A stretch of DNA of 64,000 bases from positions 248,001 through 312,000 of the forward strand of contig JBODTK010000103.1 of assembly GCA_050613775.1 (NCBI GenBank), written 5' to 3'. The translations under genes and the position numbers were made by a program. Under the pieces are notes generated by a model, which had not been told where the DNA came from, searched no databases, and worked only from the letters and a program-made list of their open reading frames with translations. The DNA comes from Neocallimastix sp. 'constans' (lineage: Eukaryota). Below, in pieces: positions 13,971-28,790 of this stretch (within the stretch, counting starts at the first letter, position 1; every line of letters begins with the position of its first letter).

Positions 13971-14748
13971 AAAATCTTCAAATTTGTAAATAATCAAATC
14001 AAAATATTTTTTCAGGATAAACGAAATATTATCTTAATTTTTATAACTATTATATCAATTATGAAATTAAATTATTATCTTATTTTTATTAATAAATATT
14101 AATCAATATATTAATTATAAATATATGATTAATGAAAATATTATAATATATAGCGCATATAACAAAAACAAACAAAAAAAAAAAAAAAAGAAAAATTATA
14201 AATCAGAAATATTATTAATAATTTATATATATATTTATATGATATCATTAAATCTTTTAATTAGATTTAAATGATATATAAAGAAAATATAAATTATAAA
14301 GATATCTATAGATGATAATATTAAAATAATAATACTAAAAAAATATATATTAATATTATCAATGCATTTATAATTCTATTTTTTTTTTATACATTTTTGA
14401 AAAAAACATCTATATCATAAATTATTTTTGCTATTTTCATTGTATATATATATTTTGTATTATAAAAATCTAAAATAAAAATTTTAATAAACTTTTTTTT
14501 TAAAAAAAAAAAATTAAAACTTTAAAAATTTTAAAATTTTAATTTGGTGTTTATAATAATGTTTCATTAAAAATTAAAAACTTTTTTATTTATTTATTTA
14601 TTTAAAAGACAATATTAATCATTTTTTTAATCATTTGAATTTTATTATGATCTTATATATTATTAATGAAGTACAAATATGATTAATTATTGATAAATAA
14701 TTGTAACAAAAAAAAAATTGTTCTTTAAAATTATGCTTAGAAATATAA

Positions 14749-14779
<31 letters not shown>

Positions 14780-16336
14780 ACCAGCAATAATAATAGTAAA
14801 TTATATATAATTAATTATTGATATTTTCTTAATAAATGATGATATAAAAAATAAGGAAATAATATAAGTATGAATTAAAAATACTCTATAAAATTAATTG
14901 AATATTTTTTATTTATATTTAAAAAAAAATTATATATAAAAAAATATTTAAAATATAAACCAATATTTTTAATTAAAATGCATTGATTACTTAGCATTTA
15001 TACTCCATAACAAAATAGAGTTGTTAGCAAATGGAGATATTAAGGTTTCGTTTAGAATTTCTAGAATAGGAATTTAGTTTTTAACAATTTAAAAAAGTTA
15101 AATTATGAATCTATTTTATTAATACTATTTTACTTTTTATTATTATTATTATTATTATTATTTTTTTTTTTATTTTTATTTTTTTTTTGATAACAGTAAT
15201 TATTTTTATTATTTTAATTATATATTAAAAAAAAAAAAAAAAGTTCAATTTATTTCTTATTATTGTAAAAAATATATATATATATTTCATTTTTTATATT
15301 TTAGAAAAAATATAAATTAATCCTATTGTTATTTAATATGAATATTAATAATAAATTTATTAGACATTAATTATATAATCATTTATTTTAATTTTTAATT
15401 ATTTATTTATTTATTATAATATATATAAAAAATAAAAAAAAAAAAATAATTCTAATATTTAATTTATTTAATTAATAACTATAAATGTATTAATTTAATA
15501 ATATTTTTAATATATGTATTATTAAAAGGATGATTTAAATTAAATCTTATTTATTCAATTATATGTATATTCAGTTATTTTTTTTTAAATAATTAATTAT
15601 ATAAATTTATTATAAGTTTTTTTTTTTTTTTTATTAATAATTTCATAAGTACTTTCTATTATTTAAATTAAAAAAACTTCATAATAAAAATATCTTTTGG
15701 TATTGTATCTCTAATTTTGCATTTAAAAAAAAAAAAAAAAAAAGAATTATTTTTTAATATAATTTAAATATATTTATTTTATTTATTTATTATTATTATT
15801 ATTATCATAATAGATTTGTTATATGAAAAATAAATATATATATTTTTATAAGTTTTATTTATTTATTTATTTGTTGCTAGAAAAGCATATATGAAATTTT
15901 TATATTATTTTTTCTTTTGTATTTTTTATTATCATTATTTATATATATATATATATATTTTTTTAATATATTGAATTATTAACTAAAAATTATTTGATTT
16001 GATATTTCTATATTATAATTTATTTTTTAACTTTATCTATAAGTTATTATTAAATAAATAAATAAATAAATAAAAAAAAAAAAAAAAAAAGAGGAGGTTA
16101 ATTTTTTATATTTATATATCTAATATTTTTTATAATGTATTATTTAATTTATTTATTTATTATATTTTATTTTCATGTTTTTTTTTATTCATTATTAAAT
16201 ACTTTTTTGTCATTTTTATTATTATTATTATTACTTTTTTTTTTATATCTATAATTATATATATACTTATATATTTATATATGTATATCTATGATTACTT
16301 TATATTTATATATATTTATATCTATTTTTAAATATT

Positions 16337-19300
16337 TTAATTTATTGAAAGTAATTGATTTTCATTATTATCTTCAATAACATCTCCTAGAATGCCTTCT
16401 ATATCATTCATTTCTTCTTCAAAATGTGAATTTGTGGAGATGGTTTCGTTTTCATTGTATATACCATCATTATTTATATAGGTTTCCATATTATCAATAC
16501 TACTGTTAGGATCTTGTGTATAAATTTCATTTAATGGTACCTCTTCTGGTTGTGCTTCATGTGGCATATTCTTTCTTTGACGGTATAGCGCAATACCAGC
16601 TACAGCGATAAGAGCTAACGCTGAGGCAGATAAACTATAGGATGTGGATATAAAGTTTGAGGAGATAGAGGCTGCCGTTGAGGAGGAAGAATTTGGATCA
16701 AATTCTGAGATTGTACCACTGATCTGTTTTATAAGTGCTCCTAACGCCCATGAAGCTTCTGTACCATTAATATAGGCAATGGTGGTAAAAGGTATTGCTT
16801 CATTATCCTCTTTTGGAATTTTATAACCTTTATGAATAATATTTTCTATGTAGGCACTACGAAAACAATTTAAAGCTAAATCATATGGCTTTCTTAAATC
16901 TGGGTATTTACCTTCATTATAATCATTGAGATGAACAGACCATTCAGTTTGACAGAATTCTCTAGAAGATTTTAAAAAATTGTCATAGTCATAGAGACCT
17001 GCTTGATGATATACATTGACAACATCCCAATATTTACCAATGGCAACAAATTTATCATCATCAAATGCAGTATATGGACTATATATATTATTGAATAGAC
17101 AAGAATCTGAAGTACATTGTATGGTTGAATTTAATAATGGGAAAACATCTTTTACACACTCATCATATTTACCTACTCCTTTAATAATTATATTTTCTTC
17201 CATAAAGCTACCTTCTTCTTCTCCATACATAGCTACATAATTTAATGGTCCAATTAAATCTTGACGACCGTTGACTGGAAGACATGGATCTTCCCATATA
17301 ATTTTTCCTTTTTCTTCTTCTGGAGTTTTCTCCATTTCTTTATTTGATGAATCTGTATTAGTATTATTTGATTGATCAATTTTTGATTCAGAAGGTTGCT
17401 TTTCTTGTTCATTTTCTTCTTCATTTATATCATCTTCATCATTTGGATCTTTGTCAGTTTCTACAATATCCTTATATTTTGTAAGTGTTTCAGATATTAT
17501 TTCAGTTTCACTTTCAGTTTCTGTCTCTGCTTTAGCTTTGGGTTCTCTTTTAAAAAGTTTATTAGTATTAATTTTTTTTTCTTCTAATAATTTTTTATAT
17601 TCTTTATCTTTTCTTTTTTTATCAAGGAAGGCTTCTAAATATCTTCTTCTAGTTTCATTAACACCGTATTGAAGGAAAGTAATAACGAATATATTGAAAT
17701 TTAAGGTATCTCCATATAAATTATTTATATTTAATGCAATTATATTTTTATCGCTTTTATTAGCTTTAGCATTTTCTAAGGCATTAACAGATTGACCATT
17801 AATTTTTACTTTTCTATCCAATTCAAATGCAATCTGTGTTGATGCTCCGCCCATATCTACAAAATTATAGGTTTCTCTTTCATTAGTTTCTTCATCAACA
17901 GAGAAACCATGCTCCAAATAATTCGTTGATATCCATCCAAATAAACCTTCTTCTTCTCCAGTAATAACTCTAATATTTGTTTCTTTATCCTTAATTTTAA
18001 ATTTATAGTTATCTTTCATGTAAAGATATATTTCATTTAAGATATCTTGTTGTTGCTCTTCCGTTAAAAGTCTCATACCAGCGGTTGCAAATAAATACAC
18101 TTCAGTATCAGTATATTTATCACTTGGAACAATTGATTCAGCATAATCCATTAAAATTTTGACATGATTTGGTCCTATTTCTTTTGCACGACCTGCGTAT
18201 GTTGAAATTCCTTTTTATTTATTTATTTATTAATAATAATGTTGTTTAAAAATAATTATAATATATACATAAAGTGATAATAGTTATTATAATAATAATA
18301 TATGATAATGAAAATTTTTATTAATAAATAATAAAAATTAATATATATTTATTTTTTATATATAAAAAAAAAAAAAATAACGCATAATAAAAATATTATT
18401 TTATTAATTATTTTCATTTACAAATAAAATACCAAATTAATAATAATAAAAAATACATTAAATTTGGATTTTAAAATTTATAGAAATTTGATGAATTATA
18501 ACAATTAATTTTTGATTTTAAAGATTTCTATATTATTATTTGATTTAATAAACTAAAATTTATTAATATAACGATATAATTTGAATTATAAAATTATTAT
18601 TATTATTATTATTTATATTAATTTACTTATAAATAAAAAAAAAAATTGATTTTAAGATTGTATTAATATAGTAAAAATAAATTTTGAATTATTAATTATA
18701 AAGTCGCAAATTAAATTACATTCTTATTATTTATAACCGTTTTAGAATCATTTATGTAATATATAAATATATTTAAAATTTAATTCATTAATTTGAAATT
18801 TATGAATTTTAAGAAATTTAATGATTTTTATGTTCAAAAAAACTAAAAATTCTTATTTATTATAATGAATTTTAATAATTAATTTTTAAAAATTTACGAA
18901 TTTTAAGAAATTTATTGATTGATATTCAAAAATTAAAAATTCTTATTATATATACTTTTGATAATTAATTTTTTAAAAGTGATACTTTGAGATATTTTTA
19001 ATTTATTTAATTATTTATCTTTGTTTTATTTATTCGAATAATAATTTTATAATATAATTTAAAATTTATTATATGCCGACTTTTAAATATTATTTTTTGA
19101 TATATTTATTATATATATATATATATATATATTTAACTATATTTTCATTTAAAATTGTATTTAAATTTAATTTATTCTTTTTGTTCTTCTCTTGTATTTG
19201 ATTTTCTTTTTATTATTTTTTTTTTATACCTTCTTCAATTTTTAACTGAGCATCAAAATCATCCGTTGAAGAACCTTGTTTTATAACAGGTAAACCATCA

Positions 19301-19485
19301 CTAGTTATAAAATCTTGATATTTATCCCCTTCATTATTATTTATTTTTTCCATTAAAAAATTGGTATCAATCCAAGAATAAATTTGAATTCTCGAACCCG
19401 AACTACCAGCATCAATAACTATACCATATTTTAATTGTTTTTGTAATTCTGGGCTTAAATTTTCCAGTTGACGTCTTGAAATCAT
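16337..19485 (-). CDS. YND1: GDA1/CD39 family apyrase (NTPDase), Ynd1-like, with C-terminal transmembrane segment (~709 aa)
   Basis: Exons 19485-19230 and 18210-16337 (2130 nt). Apyrase conserved regions YGIVIDAGSSGSR, ATAGMRLL, ITGEEEGLFGWISTNYL, DMGGASTQIAF and SWALG. No N-terminal TM and one C-terminal TM, as in Ynd1. Confidence 0.9.
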
Positions 19486-20069
19486 TTTTATTTTTATCTA
19501 TATATTTTCTATTTATTTATTTATTATTTTATTTTTCCTAATTTTATTTAATTTAATTATTTGTTATAATTAATAAAGCAAAACTATTACTATTTTTTTT
19601 TTAAAAAAAAAAAATAAAAAAGGAATAAGAAAAAAGAAACCACAATTTTAAATTAAATAAAATTTCAAGAAAAAAAAATGAAGTAACTAAATTCTAAATA
19701 TGGTTAATAAAATAACAATAGATAATAAATAAAGGAGGAAATTTTTTTTTATTTTTTTTTTTTTTTTATTTAATAATATATATAATTTATTTCGATTTTT
19801 TAATTTTTTTTTGACATAAATTTATTTATTTTAATGAGCTATTCATTTATTTACAATCTAGTAATATTATTTAAATTATATTTATTAGTACATTTATTAA
19901 ACCAAAATCTTTAAAATATTGAACAAATAAAATTTAAATTTGAATTAAAAATTTTTTTTTTTCAAATTTAAATATTATTAATTAGTTCTGTAAATCTAGA
20001 ATATAATTAATATTCAGTAGGTATACAAATATCCCCTATTTTCTTTTAAAATATCATAAAAGTATGAAA

Positions 20070-21360
20070 TATACATATATCTATGTATTAATCATATGAT
20101 AATATTTAAAAAACAATTATTTGTGAATTCTAAAAGTTTTTACTATTATTTTTATTTTTATTTTTATTTTATTATTTTTTTTAATAGAATATTAATTTAG
20201 AACTTTTTATCAAGTAATTTTATAAATTTATTGTATTTTATACAAATTTCAAATTTTAAGAATTATTTTACAATTTTCATCTTTTTAATTAAGTACTTAA
20301 TTTATTCATATTTTTAATAATATATATATATATTTTTTTTAATTTATGTATATATCTAATAAATAATTATAATAATACATATATCTATGTATAATACACG
20401 TGTAATAATATTAACATAAATTAATAGAAATTGGAAGAAATTAATACTTTTAAAATTAATTTTATAAATTTATTTTATTTTATTTTATTTTATTTTTTTA
20501 TAAAATGCTGGTTTAGAAATATTTTATTTTTTAATTTACTAAATTTATTTAATTTTATAATAAATTCAAAAATTTAAATTTTTTACAATTCATCTTTTTT
20601 ATTATGTAGTTCTTTTATTCATATTTTTAATAATACATAAATTTATCTATTTTTAATTTATGTATAACTCTGATAAATAATGTTAAAGTACATATATTTA
20701 CGTGTTATTATATTATTATTAACATTATTGAAATTTATTTATTTATTGTTTTATTGTTTTATCTATTTTTTTTCATCAATAATGTTGATTTGTAAATATT
20801 TTATTTCTCAATTTACTAAATTTGTTGAATTGTGAAAAAAAAAAAAAAATAGTATATTTATAATAAAAAATGACAATTCATCTTTTTTATTAAATAGTTT
20901 TTCAAATGATTTAAAATTTATAATTTCTAGTAAATTTTATTTTACATATTTTTATAATAAAATTCATATATTTAAAAATTATTTCACGTGATATGTTATA
21001 ATTATCATTAGAACTGTAATTGAAACTATGAAAGAAATTCTTCCAAAAACAATTCAATAAATTTAGTTTTTTTTTTTTTTTTTTTTTTTTTCTTCCTTTT
21101 TTTTTATTATAATGTTAATTTTATAACTTTTTATCAAGTAATTTTATAAAATTATTGTATTTTATATTTTATACAAATTTCAAATTTCAAAAAATATTTT
21201 ACAATTTTCATCTTTTTAATTAGGTAGTTCATTTATTCATATTTTTAATAATATATATATATATATATTTTTTTTTTGAATTTATGTATATCACCAATGA
21301 ATAATTACTATTATACATATATCTATGTATAATTCACGTGTTATATTATTAACATAAATA
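20070..21360. repeat. Diverged tandem array of ~300-bp units (about four copies) upstream of the apyrase gene
   Basis: Copies at ~20201-20420 and ~21124-21360 are highly similar (AACTTTTTATCAAGTAATTTTATAAA..TACAATTTTCATCTTTTTAATTA..ATACATATATCTATGTATAAT). More degenerate copies lie at ~20500-20730 and ~20780-21000. Confidence 0.8.
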
Positions 21361-21399
21361 TATAGAAGAAATTTATTTAAAAATAATTATTTAACAATT

Positions 21400-21836
21400 T
21401 TCCTAACACCAGGAAGGCTGTTAAATATCTATTAGTTGATGAACAATCTACTTCTGATATACCAATTATTGATTCAGAATTTCCTTTTTCACTTTCAAAA
21501 CAATTAATGGCATGGGTGGTGGTGGTCTTGATGCTCTTTCACATCCTATGGTTTTTTTTAATGGAAACCGATTTTACGAAACCATACCCATTTCGTTCGA
21601 TGAAGCTTATCTTTGAATCCTTTATCAACAGCACATGTTAATGGTAAGGACATTGAAACCCTTGAAAAAATGTATAATGTCTAAACCATATCAGGTATGG
21701 CCTACGCTAATGCCCTTCCTTGGGGTTGGCCAGTTTATTGCGAATCAACTTGGTTCAATGTACAACATTCTACATGATCTTGTGAATGGATTACTTCTTC
21801 TTTCACAAGAAGTTAAATTCAATGTCATCAATTCTC

Positions 21837-21877
<41 letters not shown>

Positions 21878-21985
21878 GAATCTGTTCAAAATGTAAGTAT
21901 CCTCATAAATAAAAATGTAATTATTCAGAAATTGCAGAAATTTTATTCTTTAACACCTAATCCAAGTTATGAAGATGACCGATGA
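21400..21985 (+). pseudogene. Decayed coding fragment of unknown family
   Basis: GC-elevated block with host-like codons in shifting frames (e.g. HVNGKDIETLEKMYNV*TISGMAYANALPWGWPVYCESTWFNVQHST*), broken by stops, frameshifts and an A-run. Confidence 0.4.
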
Positions 21986-22099
21986 TGAAAAAAAAAGTTT
22001 AATATTTAATTCAATTAGAATATAATAATATTTCAAATAATAATTTGAAATAAAAGTAATATTCAAAATAAAGTGTATAAAAAAATTCAGAAAAAAGTT

Positions 22100-22375
22100 C
22101 ATATGCCACGAACCTCACCTCCAGGTTGTAAGATTTCTATTTTAAAAGGAATTCTTATTTTGGATTAGAGTTTGAACTACCTATTCTGAAAGAAATTATG
22201 GTCTTCTACCTTCAGAGGCATTGATCCTGCTAGTCTCTCTTAATGCATTTTCGGCGTTGACGCTCCTGGTTAGTTTGCATTTATACCGTAGTAATAGCAA
22301 CCCTTGTCGAATACTAGTCCTAGACATAATTTCTGTAAAGAGAGCCTCAGATCACACAAAGAATGGCGTTAAAAT
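22100..22375. mobile_element. GC-elevated decayed fragment, possibly a transposon remnant
   Basis: Composition contrast with flanks and no intact frame. Minus-strand pieces SIRQG and SNPK/IRIPFK are only weakly reminiscent of non-LTR reverse transcriptases. Confidence 0.2.
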
Positions 22376-22830
22376 TAATATAGAAAATAATATATTGAAT
22401 AGTAAAAATACTAAAAGTATAATTAATTAAAAAAAAAAAAAAAATTAATAATACTTAAAAAAACTAATAAAATTTTTTTTGATTTTTTTGATTTATAGCT
22501 TTATTGATTCTGGTGACATTGAATTTTTTTTTTTTTTTTTTTCGAAAACTATTTTAAGTCACACATCTATTATCATTATTTTTGTTGTTTAATAATTAAA
22601 ATTTTTATATATATAAATAATTATCAGTTTCAGTTATATATAAGTTGATGGTGCTCGTGATGAGAGAGGAATAACCTTAACAAAACACATTTAAAAAAAT
22701 ATTAAGTTTTTATTATTATTTATTTATTTATTTTTTTTATTATTTATTTTTTTAAAAATATTTTTTTAATTATTATTTTAATAAAAAATAAAAATCATAT
22801 TAAAAATTTACTTTTTTTAATATATGTAAT

Positions 22831-22875
<45 letters not shown>

Positions 22876-23195
22876 ATAATAATAAAAAAAAAATATAACA
22901 TTAATATTGTTTTTATATTATTATTATGTATAACAAAAAAACGATTCACAGAATTTTATATATTAAAATCTTTTAAATTAAAATGATAATAATAATATAA
23001 TGTAAAAAAAATTTATTAATCAAAGTTTTTTTTAAATATTTTTGTGCTGTGAAAGAATGAATAAATAAAGTTAGATCCTTTTTTTTTTTTTTTTTTTTTC
23101 ATTCATATTATTTAATTGGGTTTCTATTAACTAATATTAATTAATTAATATTAATATAACTACATAAATATTTCCCAAAAAACAAAAACTAAAAC

Positions 23196-23242
<47 letters not shown>

Positions 23243-23475
23243 ATATTAAATATTACATTTTTAATAATAATATATATATATATATATATTTTTAAATAAT
23301 TTTCTACTAATTCTTTTTCACTAATTAAATTTTTTATTTTCTGATTTTCTTTCTTTTTTTTCTTCTTAATTTTACTAATTTTTTATTTTTTACTTATTAT
23401 TATTACTTCTTTCTAGTTATTTGTATTTGAAAATAATATAAATTTTATCATTTAAAATGAAATTTATTTTATTTC

Positions 23476-23513
<38 letters not shown>

Positions 23514-24048
23514 TTTTTAATTTTAAAAAAAGTTTTAATATTAATATTATTTATTTAAATGTAATTAATGTTCGAAAAAAACACTTTAAAAAAAAAATAA
23601 TTAATTAGAGGATAGTTATTTATATATGAAAAAAAAATTAACATATTATTTTTTTTTTTTTAAATAAATAAATTAATTTATAATTATAATTAATAATTTT
23701 AATAAAATTATTATCATTATTATTATTAAAAAAATATTGCTGATTTCGTTTTGTTTCGTTTCGAATTGGGTTGGCTTGGTTTGATTTTTTCGTAAATAAT
23801 CAGTTATGTATTAATTTCCGTTTTGTTATGATTATTATTATAATTATTATTTTTTTATTATCTTTTAAATTTTTTTTTTTATATTTATTTTTTTTGTTTT
23901 TTGTTTTTTATTAATATTAATATTTGTTATTTTTTTTGTTAAATATGTATATATATAAATATATTTAATGTTTTTATTATTACTATTATTATTTTTTTTT
24001 TTTAATTTTTTTTTTTTTTATTTTTTTTTATTTTTTTTTAACTAAAAT

Positions 24049-27000
24049 TTAAGAAGATATCCTTTTAACAGCTAATGTAGCAGCTATACCTACACCAATA
24101 AGCATAGCATTATTCAACCAACTTCCTTGGTCATTATTAGCATTACTCGTAGCACTACGATGACCCCATGGTAATATACTCTTTAAATAAGATTTGTTCT
24201 TATGCTTAATTACAATTAAAAGTCTTCCCCATAATAATTTTCTTGCAAGCCAGATACCTTGAAGGAAATCTTCTTCAGATTCAATCGTAATGAAATCACG
24301 ATCTTCATCAAGATAACCAAATAATAAATTTTCTCTATTTTCAATTTTACTCTTTTTAAGTATGGTATTTACAATATCTAGGTATCTGGTATCATTATTA
24401 TAATTAATTCGGTAGACTTGTTCAGTTTCTTGATCAAAACATTTCAATAATAAATCTTCTTCTTTGATAATAGAATGAGTAGCAGCAAGTCTAGAAGAAG
24501 ATATTCTTTTTTGTGAAGTATTCAAGTATTGAGATGGATATAAAGCGGTAGAGGAAGAAGAATCTTCTTGATCATTATATCTTCTTTCTTCTTCATCATA
24601 TAAATCTCTTCCACCAACGACACGTTTAACTAACATAGTCGTTGAATTTTCACCATTACTATTAAGGGTAATGGAATCATCCAGAGGTGATTTATCGAGA
24701 CTATATTTAAAGATATGAGATATAACATTTGGAGTTACAATTTGACGAATGTATTCTAAAACAGATTTTGGTGGGATATTATTCTTCTGTTCTTCTGTTT
24801 TATCAAATCCAATAAGATTACCTCTTTCAATGACCGTTTCTTCTTGATTTTGATTATGATTACGATCAAGAACAATATTACTGTCACTATCAAGAGCAAT
24901 TGTTTCCATTACAGCACTTTTAGCATCATCTTGATTATTATTATTATTATTAGTACTAGAAGTAGCAATAGCCGTTTCATCATCTTCACGTTCTTGGGTT
25001 GGTGGTAAAGTCGTTGATAAATTCTCTTCAATTTCCTCAGTAATTATTGGATTATAATTACGTTTTCTGTAAAGATATTCATTACTATGAATACTGGAAA
25101 TATCATTAGTATTTGGACCCATTGTGAAGCCATCTTGAAGAGTAATACTACTTCTATTATTAATTTCATGACTCTTCATACTGTAATAGGTGTCATTAAT
25201 ACTACCATTATTAATACTGAATGATTCATTTCTTTCTATAGATTGATTTAAATTTAATGATGGTATAATTCCATCTTGATAGTTAAAGTTTTCCATTGGC
25301 ATTGGTGGGGATGATGGCATAATAGTTGAAAGATCATATACTTTATTTTCATTATCATTATTATCAGAAACATTTTCATTAATATTTTCCATTTCACTGT
25401 TATCATTATCATTATCATTACCATTACCATTATCAATAATAATTTTATTATCATTGCTATTAAAATTACTATCATAATTATCATTACTATTAATAGGAAT
25501 ATTACCATTATAGTTAGCATTAATATTAATATCACGAGGTACTTCATCTATTAATTTATTATTATCATCTACATATTGAATATTAATATTAGGAAATTCA
25601 AGAGATGCATTTTCATTATTAATTTTATTTTGATCTAAGACATTATCATTAAATAATGGCTCATTATTAATATTATTTTCTAATTCTTCATTATCGGTAT
25701 TATTATTACTATTATTTACATTATTATTATCAGTATATACATCATTATTAAAGATATTCATTTCGATAGGATTAATATTTTCTGTTTCGGAAATAATTTC
25801 ATTGATTTCTGGAACAACATTAGCTCCAATAATATTATTGACAAATTTTTTAGCTTCGTCGGAGACTTCTTGTTCACTACCATTGAGTGTGTTATTATAA
25901 TTATAAATATTACTAGTATTATTAGAATTTGTTAATTCATTATAATAATCACCTGAACCTTGAAGATCTTCAATTCTGATATCTTTATTATTATTAGTGA
26001 CTAAAAAGTTATCCATATCTTGGAAAGTTTTATTGACATCAAGATTATGAATACCTTCATCATTAACTTCAACAGCAAGAACAGCATCAATGGTGGCAAT
26101 ACCATTGTTTGATCTATTTTGATTTTTATTATTGAAAAGAGTGGAGGAAGCTTTATTGACTTGATTATGATAATTATTAACACTAGCTTCAATCATTTCA
26201 AGTTGTTGTGGAATATTTTGATATTCTATTGTACTCATTAACTCATTATTGATTGGATTGATTACATCAGGTGAATATTGATTATCAAATTCATTACTGA
26301 TAACAATTTCAGGTTCAGGTTGAACTGACTTTTTAGCATTTTCGTTTGTATTATTATTGTTATCATTATTATAAGTAATTTCAATTTCATCAAATTCTGA
26401 ATTATTGTTATTTTCATTTATTTTTTCTACATTATTAACGTTATTTATGTTTTGATTATTAATTTGGATAACATCTTCTGGAATACTACCATTATCATTA
26501 ATATTTTCATATAATTCTTTTGGTTCAATATTTTCAATTTCAATATTTTTTTCTAAGATCTCAATTTCTTTTGAAGTTTCATTATCTGTATTTTCACTTA
26601 TGAATTCTTTTTGTTCCGTAGTTTCAACACTATCATTATTTTCAATTATATTTGAATCAACATATTCATTTCCATTATTTTCAACAAAATGACCATCATT
26701 TGTTATTTCATTAGATACCATAATTTCATTAGGATTAGTTTCATTTGGTAAGAGACTTTCATTAATACTAGTTTCAATATCATTTTGTTCAATAATTTCA
26801 TTAATATTACTTTCAATTTCATTTGGTAAAACAATTTCTTTAACCTTAATTTCCATATCATTTGTAAGATTTTCATTGCTTGATTGCTCTAATGAAATAT
26901 TGTTAGTTTGACTTTGGGTTTTATTTTCCATAGTCATCATTGGTATATCATCAGATGACTGTGAAACAATATCACTATTATTATCAATAGAGTGACTTTC

Positions 27001-27400
27001 TACGGATTCAATATTTTGTTTATTGGAATTAACAACAACATTGTCATCAACAATTTCATTTCCATTATCTGTATTATTTTCAGTTTGATTAAATTCAGAT
27101 ATTTTATCTTCATCTAATTCCGGTATGGTTTCAGTTATTAAATTATTATTAATTAATGATACGTCTCTTGGTAGAAAGGTTGGTCTTACTTCATCACTAT
27201 TATCTTCATCATTACTATCATCAAGACTATTTAATAAATTTTCATTTTTAGCATGTTTATCATTATCTTCAAGGCTTTGAAGAGTTGATCTTGATGATCT
27301 TTGCATTAATCTACTGGAATCATAATAACTACCATCTTCACTAAATGATCTTCTTGATCTTGCATCTTCTTCAATTTCATCACGTTCTTGTAACTATTTA

Positions 27401-27464
<64 letters not shown>

Positions 27465-28752
27465 TGATATAAATTTATTATATATGTATATTATTATATA
27501 TAAAAAAAAAAATTTTTTTTTTATTTTAGAATTTTTATATTATATTATAATGCTTAATTTTTATAATAATTATTTTTAAAATATATATTATATATATTTT
27601 TTTATAAAAAGATTAATAAAAAAAAAAAAAAAAGAATTACTTGTTGTAATGCAGCTCTAGTAACTTCCAATATATCAACAATTCCTGTAATTTTTAAATC
27701 AGCACCAATAACAATATATTTGTAATTATTATCTAACATATATTGAAGGGTTTTTGAAACTTGTTTATTTGGATTGACAACAGGTGGATTTGGGGTCATA
27801 ACACTTTTTACTGATGTTGAAGATGGTAATCTTCCAGTAGCAACAACTCTCAAAATTAAATCTTGCGTTGTCAATATACCTAATAATGATCTACTATCGG
27901 TATCACAAACAATTACTGCACCTTTTTTATATATTTTCATAATATTTGAAGCGATAGAAACATTCATTTTTCCATCAATCTTTTTTAATTAAAATTAATA
28001 ATTTAATCATAAAGATTTGAATAATTTATAATATATTTTATTAGAGGAAAAAAAAAAAAAAAAGTAGAGATATAAAATAATAGTTATATATAAATAAAAA
28101 GTTTAGAAACATAAATGATATAAAATAATTTATTTAATTTTTTTAAATAAATAAAAATAATAATAATAAATATTAATTATTAATATTTGATAATATATTA
28201 AAATTATTGAAATAATAATAATAATAATCATTACAATAATAATATATTTATATATTGTGAATAAACTTACTTCTGGTGGACTTTGTTCATGTTGATCTAA
28301 TACAACAGTTAATTTTTGTTGTCTTATTTCTTCATATCTTGATATCATATCAATATCGGAATAAGCAAAACTATTATCACTTGTAGATGGAAGAGAAGAT
28401 TCTATAAATGATGGAGTTTGTTGAAGTTTCTCTATAATATCTCTTCCAAATAATTCATTTAAATTTATCATACCTATAACATTGGTTTTAACTACTGTTG
28501 AAGAATCATTATCAGATATAATTGGAATATGCCAGAAGGCACCAGTATATATTGCTTGCATAGCAACTTTTTTAGCTGTTTCTAATGTTGCTGTTACTGG
28601 ATTCTATAGCATTTATTTTAAATCAATAATATTATCGAAAAATTTTTTCAAATAAAATCGTAATTAATTACATTGTTGAGAATATATATATATATATTTA
28701 AATATATAGTAACGTAATATCGAATATCAAACAATGTGCAGATATATGTGCA

Positions 28753-28790
<38 letters not shown>

